The position numbers and the translations under genes are program-made. This document shows positions 27,840 to 37,668 of a stretch of 64,000 bases of DNA, in pieces. The notes beneath the pieces are model-generated. The model was given only the letters and a program-made list of their open reading frames with translations. It had not been told where the DNA came from and did not search any database. The DNA is from Candidatus Acidiferrales bacterium (GTDB taxonomy: Bacteria; Acidobacteriota; Terriglobia; Acidiferrales; UBA7541). The stretch spans positions 333,717 through 397,716 of the forward strand of contig CAVVJG010000032.1 of the NCBI GenBank assembly GCA_963748365.1, given 5' to 3'. Each line of letters opens with the position of its first letter. Within the stretch, counting starts at the first letter, position 1.

Positions 27840-27978
27840 CGCGATTCTCCAGTTGCAAATGATAATCATTTGCAAGTAGCTTCCTCCTCCCTTCTTCCTT
27901 TTCCTGTGACCAAGGTCACCTGCCCTGGTGACAAGTATACTCGCCCATGCTCCTTCCTCCACTCGCCCTCCGCTTGCG

Positions 27979-28007
27979 TTGACAGGCGAACATAAGGCGG
28001 CAATACT
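27979..28007 (+). promoter_or_regulatory. ruvA promoter with LexA-like box in the spacer
   Basis: TTGACA-GGCGAACATAAGGCGGC-AATACT (17-nt spacer). Confidence 0.7.
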
Positions 28008-28015
28008 CGGATTCG

Positions 28016-28621
28016 ATGATTGGACTCCTTCATGGACGGTTGCTCGAAAAGCGGCCGAATCAGGTCATTCTCGATGTCAATGGCGTAGGCTATCTGGTGG
28101 CCGTGCCGCTATCCACCTTTGCAGCCCTTGGCGAGCTCCACGCGGAAGTCACCCTTCTGATTCACACCCATGTCCGCGAAGACGCCCTCACTCTCTACGG
28201 TTTCTTGTCGGCGCGAGAAAAGCACGTATTTGAATTGTTGCTTGGCGCCTCAGGTGTGGGTCCAAGCCTCTCGCTAAAGATTCTTTCGGGCATGAATGTC
28301 GAAGAACTGGTTCCCGCAATTCGCGGAGGCGACATTGCCCGCCTCACCAAGATTCCTGGCGTTGGTCGCAAGACTGCCGAGCGCATGGTGTTGGAGCTAA
28401 AGGATAAACTGGACGCGGTTGCGGTAGAGTCCGAGCGGCCCACTGCCGCTTCGCCTGCAGGCGCGGAAGCCGACGTAAAATCAGCACTAGTAAATCTTGG
28501 CTACGACGAAAGGACGGCGGAAAATGCTGTGGTGGAGGCCAAGCGCCAGGCGGGCACTTCCAGTTTTGAGAAGTTGTTGCGTGTGACTCTTACGCTGCTC
28601 TGTGCGCCGCAGCAGCGATGA
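28016..28621 (+). CDS. ruvA: Holliday junction branch migration protein RuvA
   Basis: MIGLLHG, DVNGVGY, HTHVREDALTLYGF, SGVGP, TKIPGVGRKTAERMVLELKDK, ALVNLGY. Confidence 0.97.
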   Translation: MIGLLHGRLLEKRPNQVILDVNGVGYLVAVPLSTFAALGELHAEVTLLIHTHVREDALTLYGFLSAREKHVFELLLGASGVGPSLSLKILSGMNVEELVPAIRGGDIARLTKIPGVGRKTAERMVLELKDKLDAVAVESERPTAASPAGAEADVKSALVNLGYDERTAENAVVEAKRQAGTSSFEKLLRVTLTLLCAPQQR

Positions 28622-28699
28622 CCAAGGATGGCTTTTGTAGCGGACGCCTTCTGAGGCGGGCGCCTTAACGCGAGAAATGCATGGACATGGGCAAATAAG

Positions 28700-29758
28700 A
28701 TGACTAATTTTGGCTCCAAGAAAGCCCCACCCAATCCCGACTATCCTGTCCGCATCGTTTCCGGATCCGCTTCCGAGGATGACGCCCGCCTCGACGCCAC
28801 CGTGCGCCCCAAGCACTTGGATGAATACATCGGGCAGAAGCGCGTGAAAGAAAACATCGCCATCGCTATCGAAGCCGCGCGTAGCCGCGGCGAAGCGCTC
28901 GATCACGTTTTGCTCTACGGCCCCCCGGGCTTGGGCAAAACCACTCTTGCGCAGATTATCGCCAACGAATTGAACGTCCCGATCAAAACAAGCGCCGGCC
29001 CGTTGCTCGAACGCAAAGGCGACCTCACCGCTATTCTCACTTCTCTCGACGCTAAAGAGGTTTTCTTCCTCGACGAAATTCATCGTTTGCAGCCCGCCGT
29101 CGAAGAAGTTCTCTATCCGGCGATGGAAGATTTTCGCGTCGACCTCATCATCGGTCAGGGTCCCGGCGCCCGCATTCATCCATTCCCGCTGAACCACTTC
29201 ACTTTAGTCGGAGCTACTACACGCGCCGGCTTGATTACCGCGCCGCTTCGCTCGCGCTTCGGCATTGTTCATCGCCTCGATTTCTACGAGCCTAATGATC
29301 TGCTCATCATCCTGAAGCGTTCGGCCAAAATTCTGAACATTGCCATGGACGCCGCTGGTGCCGAAGAAATCGCCGGCCGCTGCCGTGGCACGCCGCGTGT
29401 TGCCAACCGCCTGCTGCGCCGCGCTCGCGACTTTGCAGAGGTTCGGGCCGCCGGCCGCATCACCCGTGAAGTTGCCCAGGACGCCCTGCGTATGATCGGC
29501 GTTGACGAACACGGCCTTGACGAAGTGGACCGCAACCTTATGATCGCCCTCATCGACAAGTATGGCGGCGGCCCTGTCGGACTCGGCACCCTCGCCGCCG
29601 CGCTCAGCGAAGAGGAAGACGCCATCGAGGAAATGTATGAGCCGTACCTCATGCAGATCGGGATGCTTGATCGCACCCCACGCGGCCGCGTTGCCACCCC
29701 CCGCGCATACAAATATTTTGGTCGCGAACTCCCCAGGCGCCAGCCGCGCCTCTTTTAG
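28700..29758 (+). CDS. ruvB: Holliday junction branch migration helicase RuvB
   Basis: [59 protein letters not shown]. Confidence 0.97.
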   Translation: MTNFGSKKAPPNPDYPVRIVSGSASEDDARLDATVRPKHLDEYIGQKRVKENIAIAIEAARSRGEALDHVLLYGPPGLGKTTLAQIIANELNVPIKTSAGPLLERKGDLTAILTSLDAKEVFFLDEIHRLQPAVEEVLYPAMEDFRVDLIIGQGPGARIHPFPLNHFTLVGATTRAGLITAPLRSRFGIVHRLDFYEPNDLLIILKRSAKILNIAMDAAGAEEIAGRCRGTPRVANRLLRRARDFAEVRAAGRITREVAQDALRMIGVDEHGLDEVDRNLMIALIDKYGGGPVGLGTLAAALSEEEDAIEEMYEPYLMQIGMLDRTPRGRVATPRAYKYFGRELPRRQPRLF

Positions 29759-29800
29759 GTTTTTCGGTGATTACCTGGCCGGCCCGCGGAGCACGCCAGC

Positions 29801-31525
29801 ATGAAGAAACCAAAATCAGATCGACCTGCCAAGCCCGCCCGGCGCTCTTTTCTTCTTGGCGTTGGCGCAATCGCCGCGACCGCCTCCGCGCTGCCCGCCC
29901 AACGTTCCTCCGGTCACACGCCCACTTTGACACTTCCCGATGTGTTACGTGTGCCAGATCGCGTTTCTTATTTTGACGAAGCACGATCTATCGAGAAAAA
30001 ACTAATGCGTTCCGGCGCAAGCTGGCAGGCAAGCGGAATTGAAGTCTCGACCGAAGTCCGTCAGGGAAAATCCGGCACGGAAGTCGCCATCTTTGCATCC
30101 GCACCGAATATTTCTCTCACGCAGATTCGCCTTCGCTGGCACGGCGTATTTCCCTTGGATTGGCGCTATCTGGGTGATCATTGGGAACGTTCTTACGGAG
30201 ATCTCGAATTTCGAGGCCTCAACGGCGATCGCTTGATGCCCTGGTATTTCCTGGCCACCAACGGCCACCAGTCGCACGCCTGTGGAGTGAAGATCGGAGC
30301 CTCGGCCATCTGTTATTGGCAGGTGGATGCGGCAGGAGTAACTCTTTCCCTTGACGTTAGCAATGGCGGATCGGGAGTCCGTCTCGGCAATCGACGCCTT
30401 CACGCTGCCACAGTTGTTTCACGCGCCGCTTATTCTGGCGAATCCCCGATCGATGCGGCTCGTTCATTCTGCATCGCAATGTGCGAGCATCCGATTCTTC
30501 CAACAAATCCTGTCTTCGGAAGTAACAACTGGTACTTCGCTTACGGCAACAATACCTCTGCAGAGCGCAGCCTGCGCGATGCCCAACTCCTCGCTGAGCT
30601 TGTTCCCCCAAGCATTGTGAATCGTCCTTATTGCGTCATCGACATGGGTTGGCACGCCGCACGCGATGGCGCCGGTCCCGCACGCCAAACCAGCAGCGCC
30701 TATCCCGATATGCCCGGCCTCGCCCAAAAGATGATCGCTCTCGGTGTGCGACCCGGCATTTGGACTCGCCCGACGCTAACGGTCGAACCGAAAGCGCGGC
30801 CGTGGCGGCTTCCTCCCGCCGGTGGCCGTCCGCAAGGCGATTTGATCGTGCTGGACCCGACCATTCTGGAAGCACTTGAGTACATGGCCGACAATGTGCG
30901 CATTATTCAGGAATGGGGCTACCAACTCATTAAGCACGATTTCTCAACTTTTGATTTGTTTGGCCGCTGGGGATTTGAAATGGGTCCGGGCGTTACTGAC
31001 GAAGGATGGCATTTTCATGACCGGTCTTTTACTACTGCTGAAATCATTCGCAATCTCTACAAAGTGATTCGCGAAGCGGCTGGCAACGCCAAACTCATCG
31101 GATGCAATACCATCGGCCATCTTGCCGCTGGCCTGGTCGAGGTGCAGCGCATCGGCGATGACACCAGTGGCCGCGAGTGGTCGCGTACACGGAAAATGGG
31201 TGTCAACACGCTCGCCTTCCGTCTGCCGCAACACAACACCTTTTTTGCTGCCGATGCGGATTGTGTTCCGCTCACCAGCGATATTCCGTGGGATCTAACT
31301 CGTCAATGGCTGGATCTTGTTGCCCGAAGTGGCACCGCGCTTTTCGTGTCTGTCGATCCGGAAGCGCTAAAGCCTGAACAAAAGCAGCCGCTTCGCGCCG
31401 CGCTACATGCCGCTTCGGCGCAGCACCCTCCTTGCGCACCATTAGATTGGCTCGAAACCACCACTCCACAGAAATGGCGTCTCGATGCAAAGCCTGCCCA
31501 GTTCAATTGGTATCTTGGCGACTGA
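29801..31525 (+). CDS. Tat-exported glycoside hydrolase-like protein (GH36/alpha-galactosidase-like)
   Basis: RRSFLLG Tat motif; GSNNWY, YCVIDMGW, GIWTRP, LIKHDF, QRIGDD match GH27/36 TIM-barrel motifs. Confidence 0.65.
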   Translation: MKKPKSDRPAKPARRSFLLGVGAIAATASALPAQRSSGHTPTLTLPDVLRVPDRVSYFDEARSIEKKLMRSGASWQASGIEVSTEVRQGKSGTEVAIFASAPNISLTQIRLRWHGVFPLDWRYLGDHWERSYGDLEFRGLNGDRLMPWYFLATNGHQSHACGVKIGASAICYWQVDAAGVTLSLDVSNGGSGVRLGNRRLHAATVVSRAAYSGESPIDAARSFCIAMCEHPILPTNPVFGSNNWYFAYGNNTSAERSLRDAQLLAELVPPSIVNRPYCVIDMGWHAARDGAGPARQTSSAYPDMPGLAQKMIALGVRPGIWTRPTLTVEPKARPWRLPPAGGRPQGDLIVLDPTILEALEYMADNVRIIQEWGYQLIKHDFSTFDLFGRWGFEMGPGVTDEGWHFHDRSFTTAEIIRNLYKVIREAAGNAKLIGCNTIGHLAAGLVEVQRIGDDTSGREWSRTRKMGVNTLAFRLPQHNTFFAADADCVPLTSDIPWDLTRQWLDLVARSGTALFVSVDPEALKPEQKQPLRAALHAASAQHPPCAPLDWLETTTPQKWRLDAKPAQFNWYLGD

Positions 31526-31546
31526 CGTCTCAGCAGCCCTTCTAAC

Positions 31547-32497
31547 TCAATTGTGTTTCACGAACTCGCCCTTCGTGGCTGTCAGCGAGTTGTACAACGT
31601 CTCGATGAATTTGTCCTGGTCGATAAAGCCGCCCGACCACTTCTTCCACGGCTCTAGAATCTTTTCCTGCTTCATCTGCTCGACAGTCTCTTTCTTGTCA
31701 ATCGCCTTCTGCACCGCGCCGGATGTCTCTTTCAACATCTTTACATACGCGCGCACGTCGTCCAGATTGGAAACCTCGCCATGTCCCGGGATCACTTTCA
31801 CATCAGCCGGCAGTTGCGAAGACACTTTCTCCATCGCCGCGATCATGCCCTGCACGCTTCCGCCACTCATCACATCAATGAACGGAAATCCGTAACGCAC
31901 AAAATCGTCGCCCATGTGCACCACATTGTTCTTGGGAAAGAAAATCACGGCGTCGCCGTCGGTATGCCCTGCGGGGAAGTGCAGAGCGCGGATATCTTCG
32001 CCGTTCAAGTGTACCGTCACATCATGCTCAAACGTAATCACCGGCAGCGCGGCCTTGTCTGCGGGTTTGACATCCATTTTCACCGAACCGCCGTTTCCTA
32101 CCGCCCCGCCGGTCTCCAGCCTCTTGCGAACATTGTCTTGCGCGATCACGGTTGATCCCGCTGTGGAAAACGGCGCATTCCCCCCGGTATGGTCGCCGTG
32201 ATAATGGGTGTTGATCACAAATCGCACGGGCTTGTCCGTAATTCCCAAGCCCTTCAGTGCTGCCTGAATCTTTTCGGCCAGAGGCGCATATTGATCGTCC
32301 ACAATCACGATCCCATCTTCACCGACCGAGGCAGCGATGTTGCCTCCCTCGCCTTCGAGCATGTAGATGTTTCCGGAAACCTTGGTTACTTTGATCTGCA
32401 CTTTCGAATAGTCCTGCTGCTGCGCCTGGCACATTTGCGCCAGCACAAGCATTCCTGCCACCACCATTGTTCGTATTGGCCCAGCAATCTTTTTCAT
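31547..32497 (-). CDS. Secreted MBL-fold metallo-hydrolase (cyclase-like)
   Basis: INTHYHGDHTGGN (HxHxDH), AGHTDGD, HMGDD, VIPGHG; signal peptide. Confidence 0.9.
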   Translation of the reverse strand: MKKIAGPIRTMVVAGMLVLAQMCQAQQQDYSKVQIKVTKVSGNIYMLEGEGGNIAASVGEDGIVIVDDQYAPLAEKIQAALKGLGITDKPVRFVINTHYHGDHTGGNAPFSTAGSTVIAQDNVRKRLETGGAVGNGGSVKMDVKPADKAALPVITFEHDVTVHLNGEDIRALHFPAGHTDGDAVIFFPKNNVVHMGDDFVRYGFPFIDVMSGGSVQGMIAAMEKVSSQLPADVKVIPGHGEVSNLDDVRAYVKMLKETSGAVQKAIDKKETVEQMKQEKILEPWKKWSGGFIDQDKFIETLYNSLTATKGEFVKHN

Positions 32498-32681
32498 GGG
32501 TCCTCCAGTCCGCGCGGCATTCTATCACTTCTCCCCAGAAGTAACTCCTCGGCACACCCTGTCAATTCGCTTCCAATCCCCTTAGGCTGGTAAGGTATCT
32601 TCAATTTCGAGAGCGCACGCCTTCATACGCGCTCCAATTGATTCATACGAACTGGGCTTTTGCCCTTGAGGAAATGTTTGC

Positions 32682-34295
32682 TTGGGAATTCCTGTGATCG
32701 ACCCCGCCACCGCTAAACCTCAAACTTCCGGTTCCCAGCGCTTTGCTTTTCTGGTTGCCGCGGGAATTTTTCTCAGCCGCGTTGCCGGTCTGATCCGCGA
32801 CCGTGTTTTTGCCCACTATTTCGGCAACTCCGATGCCGCTGACGTATTTAAAGCCGCCTTCCGCATTCCGAATTTCCTGCAAAACTTATTTGGCGAAGGG
32901 GTGCTTTCCGCTTCCTTCATTCCTGTCTACGCCAGTTTGTTGGCTAGAAAAGACGACCACGAGGCCCGCAAAACCGCAGGCGCGGTTGCCGCCCTGCTGG
33001 CTCTCAGCACCTCCCTACTTGTGTTGCTCGGTGTTCTAACCGCTCCCTGGCTCATCGCCGTAATTGCTCCGGGTTTTCACGGCGAAAAACGAGAACTCAC
33101 TGTGCTTCTTGTCCGCATTCTTTTTCCCGGTGCTGGTTTGCTCGTTGGTTCTGCATGGTGCCTTGGGGTGCTCAACAGCCACCGCAAATTCTTTCTTTCC
33201 TATGCCGCGCCCGTCCTCTGGAACGTCGCCATGATCGGCGGCATGATCGCTTTCGGCGCGGGCCGGTCGCAAAGTTCCTTGGTCGTGATTACCGCCTGGG
33301 CCTCGGTAGTTGGCAGCGCCCTGCAGGTCGCGGTGCAATTGCCCGTCGTGCTGAAGTTGCTCGGTGGCCTGCAACTGCGGTTGGCTCATCAGGCGGAACA
33401 TGTACGCACCGTCATCCGCAATTTCTTTCCCGTATTTGTCAGTCGTGGCGTCGTGCAAATCAGTGCATACATCGACGCGTTTCTTGCCAGTTGGCTTCCT
33501 ACGGGCGCAGTCTCCGCACTCGCGTACGCGCAAACCCTTTATACCTTGCCCGTAAGCTTATTCGGCATGTCCGTCTCTGCCGCGGAATTACCAGTGATGA
33601 GCGGTGCTATGGGCGCGGCCGACGAAGTGACCGGAATGTTGCGCGGGCGCCTGAACGCCGGCCTGCGTCAGATCACCTTTCTTGTCGTGCCTTCCGTCGT
33701 GGGATTTCTCGTCCTTGGCGACGTCGTCGTTGCCGCAATTTATCAGTCGGGCCGCTTCACCCACACTGACGTACTGTACGTCTGGGGAATTCTTGCGGGC
33801 TCAACGGTGGGATTACTGGCCTCTACTCTCGGGCGCTTATATTCTTCGGGATATTACGCCCTACGCGATACACGCACGCCGCTCCGTTTTGCCGTCGTTC
33901 GCGTCGTGCTTACCACCATCCTCGGCTATCTCAGCGCGCTTCCCTTACCGAGACTGCTGGGTATCGAACCGCGCTGGGGCGTCGCCGGTCTCACCATTTC
34001 TGCAGGCGTCGCTTCCTGGGTGGAATTCGCTCTCCTCCAGCGTGGTCTTCGCCGCAGACTTGGCCACGTCGGCGTGCCGCTGGGATTTCTCGCGCAAGTC
34101 TGGCTCGCCGCGGTGCTTGGCGCGGCGGTTGCTCGCGGCCTGCTCCTCGCGATCAGTCTTAAGGGTCCAATCGTCATCGCCATTCTGATTTTGGGAATTT
34201 ACGGAATGGTTTTTTTTGGCGTGGCTCTAGCCATGAAGCTTCCAGAAGCGCAATCGATTCGCGGCATGTTAAGTCGCCGTTTGGGCGTCAGGTAA
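32682..34295 (+). CDS. murJ: Lipid II flippase MurJ (MviN)
   Basis: SRVAGLIRD, AFRIPNFLQNLFGEGVLSASFIPVY, YAQTLYTLPVSLFG, YYALRDTRTP. Confidence 0.93.
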   Translation: MGIPVIDPATAKPQTSGSQRFAFLVAAGIFLSRVAGLIRDRVFAHYFGNSDAADVFKAAFRIPNFLQNLFGEGVLSASFIPVYASLLARKDDHEARKTAGAVAALLALSTSLLVLLGVLTAPWLIAVIAPGFHGEKRELTVLLVRILFPGAGLLVGSAWCLGVLNSHRKFFLSYAAPVLWNVAMIGGMIAFGAGRSQSSLVVITAWASVVGSALQVAVQLPVVLKLLGGLQLRLAHQAEHVRTVIRNFFPVFVSRGVVQISAYIDAFLASWLPTGAVSALAYAQTLYTLPVSLFGMSVSAAELPVMSGAMGAADEVTGMLRGRLNAGLRQITFLVVPSVVGFLVLGDVVVAAIYQSGRFTHTDVLYVWGILAGSTVGLLASTLGRLYSSGYYALRDTRTPLRFAVVRVVLTTILGYLSALPLPRLLGIEPRWGVAGLTISAGVASWVEFALLQRGLRRRLGHVGVPLGFLAQVWLAAVLGAAVARGLLLAISLKGPIVIAILILGIYGMVFFGVALAMKLPEAQSIRGMLSRRLGVR

Positions 34296-34778
34296 ATGGC
34301 CACCGTTTATCTGGCCTTAGGTTCAAACGTCGGTGACCGTCAAGCGAATTTGCGCCGCGCCACTAAACTAATCACCGCAGCGGGAGTTCGCTTAGCGAAT
34401 AGTTCAAGTTTCTACGAGACGGAACCGCTCGACTATCTCGACCAAGCCTGGTTCCTCAACGCCGTTGTAGAAGCCGAAACAGACATGAATCCTATCGACC
34501 TTCTGCGCGTCCTTCGCTCCATTGAAATCGCCATGGGCAGCAAGAAGCCCTTTCCGAAAGGACCGCGCCTCATCGACCTCGATATTTTGCTATACGATGA
34601 TCAAGCTATCGACACGCCGGAGTTGCAGCTGCCCCATCCAAGAATGCTGCAACGTAAATTCGTTCTCGTTCCGCTGGTAGAAATTGCACCCGATTTGCGC
34701 CACCCCTCCTGGCCTGCCACCGCGAAGCAAATGCTGGAGAAATGCTCCGACACCAGCGAAGTCCGTAAGTTCGCCTGA
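34296..34778 (+). CDS. folK: 2-amino-4-hydroxy-6-hydroxymethyldihydropteridine diphosphokinase
   Basis: YLALGSNVGD, SSFYETEP, WFLNAV, GPRLIDLDIL, LPHPRMLQRKFVLVPL. Confidence 0.96.
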   Translation: MATVYLALGSNVGDRQANLRRATKLITAAGVRLANSSSFYETEPLDYLDQAWFLNAVVEAETDMNPIDLLRVLRSIEIAMGSKKPFPKGPRLIDLDILLYDDQAIDTPELQLPHPRMLQRKFVLVPLVEIAPDLRHPSWPATAKQMLEKCSDTSEVRKFA

Positions 34779-34787
34779 AGATCAAAT

Positions 34788-34871
34788 GTAGGGGTGCAGC
34801 ACGCTGCACCCCATGTCCGCAAGATTCCTACGCGAAGTTTCTGCCAGTGTAGCGGCCGCTGTCAGCAGCGG
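34788..34871. repeat. GTAG-type REP-like hairpins between convergent genes
   Basis: GTAG overlapping/leading into GGGGTGCAGC-AC-GCTGCACCCC (34788-34812); second GTAG followed by CCGCTG-TCAG-CAGCGG (34849-34871). Confidence 0.6.
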
Positions 34872-34921
34872 GAACATTACTTCGGACACTCTCGCGAGTA
34901 GTTGCTAAGAATCGCCAGCCG

Positions 34922-36064
34922 TTAGCTCGACCGCCTTACCACCAACCGATGAATCGTAATCATCTTCGGCTCCAGCGAATCCAACTCGATCTGCGATAAT
35001 GATCCCTCGTTCGTCTCTCTCCAGCGGTAAACGCCCGGCTCCGATTCTGTTGTCTCGCGTCCGTTCAACTGCCGCAGAAATTCCCGCGCATTATCAATCG
35101 AAGCCTTTTCCCGCAGTGTGGGCCGTGCTACTGCTTCCACGGCATAGCTTCGAAGTAACTTGGTCCAATATTGATCGAACAAATTGCCGGACGCGAAGAT
35201 GTCGCTCCACGCCACTTCTCCACCGTAGGCAATCACCACACCCACCACGCGCTCGCCCTTCAGCCCGGCAGTCTCTTTGCGAAAGCGCCGCTGCACTTCC
35301 TCCACCAACCCATCTACGTTTTCTACCACACGTCGTGAACCGTACAGTTTCGCGTACGATTGCGTGGGTGCTTCCTCGTGCATCGCGGCGGCCACGTCGT
35401 TCTGGCTCACCCGAGGTGGAGCAGCGGCAGGAGCGGCCGCACCTCCTGACCTTGCTTTTGCCGTGTAAGTGGAACCAACGCTCACGGAATCCCACACTTC
35501 GCTTTGACTCTGCTTCACCGCCGCTTGTTCGCGCACGCTGGGATGGACAATCGTCTTCGCCGCATTAAATTGCGAACCGGCAGACCACCTTCCGTGTTCT
35601 ACGCAAAACACGTTCAATGGAAGCGGGTCGGAGCCGGGTGCCACGATTCGGTCTTTCGCAATGACGCGATCCTGTTTACCCCCGCTGACCAATTCGCCGG
35701 AGAGTAACAGCAGCGGACGCTTGCTGCGATTCAACAACACCAGTTGATTCACCGACGGCCCCGAACCGGTCACGTATTGCCGGTTGGAGTCGCGGCTGCG
35801 GACCAACGTTTCCGCGCCCTGCTCACGGACGATAATTTCGCCCGACGAGAGCCCTTCCTCCAGCGTTAGAAACTGCGAAGTGTCGTAGCCGCTCGACGAA
35901 ACGACCGGAAATACCGTCAAATTTTCGTAGGAAATAGGTTCCAACAGCCGCCAATCTCCATCGTATTTCGCGGGAGGCTCTGAAGCGCCAGAGCCGGACC
36001 ATACGAACCCGAGAGCCGTAAATCCGAGAAAACTACTAAATAAGGTAATCAACGAACGTTCCAT
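34922..36064 (-). CDS. Secreted DUF6569/ARPP-1-like protein
   Basis: Signal peptide; NLTVFPV, VNQLVLLNRSKRPLLLLSGELVSGGKQDRVI, VFCVEHGRW, QSEVW resemble this family as I recall it. Confidence 0.6.
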   Translation of the reverse strand: MERSLITLFSSFLGFTALGFVWSGSGASEPPAKYDGDWRLLEPISYENLTVFPVVSSSGYDTSQFLTLEEGLSSGEIIVREQGAETLVRSRDSNRQYVTGSGPSVNQLVLLNRSKRPLLLLSGELVSGGKQDRVIAKDRIVAPGSDPLPLNVFCVEHGRWSAGSQFNAAKTIVHPSVREQAAVKQSQSEVWDSVSVGSTYTAKARSGGAAAPAAAPPRVSQNDVAAAMHEEAPTQSYAKLYGSRRVVENVDGLVEEVQRRFRKETAGLKGERVVGVVIAYGGEVAWSDIFASGNLFDQYWTKLLRSYAVEAVARPTLREKASIDNAREFLRQLNGRETTESEPGVYRWRETNEGSLSQIELDSLEPKMITIHRLVVRRSS

Positions 36065-36150
36065 TCCATCCTCCAGACGTGCAACGAGGCACGGTCTGCT
36101 CTTAGAACGGAACGCTTCAGATTTCTTGCAAGGAATGTTTTCGATAACCG

Positions 36151-36774
36151 TTACGAATTCGGGTTTCCGAGGTTAGTTCGCGGTTTAAACCGCCGCGTAC
36201 GCGAGGATTCCGCTTCCGCCTTTTCATACTCAGCGATCTCTTCCTCGGTATAGGAGTACGAATCGCGCGAAGCGAACATGGATGTCGTCCGGCTGGTGGC
36301 CTTCTTCTTCTTTCGCGCTTCTCCAAATTCGTACCGCGTCATGCGCAGCGGTCCCTCAATGGCCTTTACCTCGACCAGCAAATCGCTCACCTTTTCCAGA
36401 AAATCATGCAGGTGAAATGGCCGCATAACATATGGCAGATGAGCCATTTCCAGGTGACCGATGTACGGGGTGCCGCCCATTTCAGGAATTACAAAGAGCG
36501 TGCGAATTCGCCCGCCTTCCTCTGCGGAAACCGTAGCCAGCTCGCGAAGCACGTGGAATGTAGGGGAATCGATTCCAATTTGCGCCACATTGGCGATTAA
36601 CAGTGAATATTCCGTTGTTTTCAGCTCTGCGTGGAGCATCCCTATATCCTGCACAATCCGGACGCGCCACCCTTCTGAGTCCAGGATCTGCTTCAATACC
36701 CCTGAGTTTTTCGGGTCATCCTCAAGCACAAGAATGCCAACCTGCCGGGCTATGGGTACTGAGGGGCTTGCCAT
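36151..36774 (-). CDS. Atypical (pseudo-)receiver domain protein
   Basis: ILVLEDDP...LKQILDSEGWRV receiver start; canonical Asp site reads LLIAN; KPF site reads RPF; charged C-terminal tail. Confidence 0.65.
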   Translation of the reverse strand: MASPSVPIARQVGILVLEDDPKNSGVLKQILDSEGWRVRIVQDIGMLHAELKTTEYSLLIANVAQIGIDSPTFHVLRELATVSAEEGGRIRTLFVIPEMGGTPYIGHLEMAHLPYVMRPFHLHDFLEKVSDLLVEVKAIEGPLRMTRYEFGEARKKKKATSRTTSMFASRDSYSYTEEEIAEYEKAEAESSRTRRFKPRTNLGNPNS

Positions 36775-36867
36775 AAAAGAAGTATAGGACCGTGCCGCAC
36801 CCGCAAAGCGCTCCAGAAGGGTACAGCAGCGTAAGCGGTACCTGTCCCAAAGGACGGCTCCTCGGAA

Positions 36868-37641
36868 CTACGGTTTCGCGGCCGAAGGCGGTGTGACTGG
36901 CGTCACAATCACTTCAACTTGGTTGGGATTTCCCCGCGTAATCACCGCATACGACTTGTCGCTGATGAACCGAAGCTGCCCATCCACCAGAATGTGAGCG
37001 CTAACCGAGTACATATGATTCTGCTCAATCTTCGCCGGATCCGCCGTCAGCGTGAATGCCACAGGCACCTGTCGGTCCCCCAGCGTAATCTTTTCTTCTG
37101 CCAACACTTTCGCTGGGGCGTCTGCCAAAGACACATCCAGCAATTGCACCTGAATGATCGCCGTGGGTGGCAGCGCCATTCTCACCATGTAACTCACTGT
37201 TCCCGTCACTGTGTTCGCGCCAGCCGGGGGGTTCATCGGCTTGTCCAATTTGCAGTCCTTCACCATCATCGGTCCGTCGCCATCCGCGGAATCTTCTTGC
37301 AGAAAGCCGCCGTCTCCCACACCCCACCACACCACGTTGCCGTCTGAATATTTCGTGCCATCCGCGGAGGGCACCTGCTTCATGAAATAGGTTTTGTCCT
37401 TGAAACGCACTTTCACTGTTTCCTTATGCAAGTAAACGGTTACCTTCTTGTCGCCTTCGCAGATGTAGTCGAAACGCCGCCACTCCACCGCACGCCGCAT
37501 TTCGGAGGTTGGTTTTCCCGGCGCTGGCGCCGGTATTGGTGCAGGTGCAGACTCCTGAGCTTCTAGGCCGAGGCCCACCAGCAGCAGGGCAACAGCAGCG
37601 TGCAGTATGATTTCTTTTTGTCTGAATTGCACTTCTTGCAC
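36868..37641 (-). CDS. MliC-like plus YbaY/YscW-like domain envelope protein
   Basis: DYICEG...MKQVPSADGTKYSDGNVVWWGVG (MliC); VTGTVSYMVRMALPPTAIIQVQLLDVSLADAPA...YSVSAHILVDGQLRFISD (YbaY). Confidence 0.75.
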   Translation of the reverse strand: MQEVQFRQKEIILHAAVALLLVGLGLEAQESAPAPIPAPAPGKPTSEMRRAVEWRRFDYICEGDKKVTVYLHKETVKVRFKDKTYFMKQVPSADGTKYSDGNVVWWGVGDGGFLQEDSADGDGPMMVKDCKLDKPMNPPAGANTVTGTVSYMVRMALPPTAIIQVQLLDVSLADAPAKVLAEEKITLGDRQVPVAFTLTADPAKIEQNHMYSVSAHILVDGQLRFISDKSYAVITRGNPNQVEVIVTPVTPPSAAKP

Positions 37642-37668
37642 CTCTACGACAGCGATGATTCCTCGAAG

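Noticed and set aside
28487-29197. 236-aa minus-strand ORF
   Set aside because: Antisense to ruvA/ruvB; no independent evidence.
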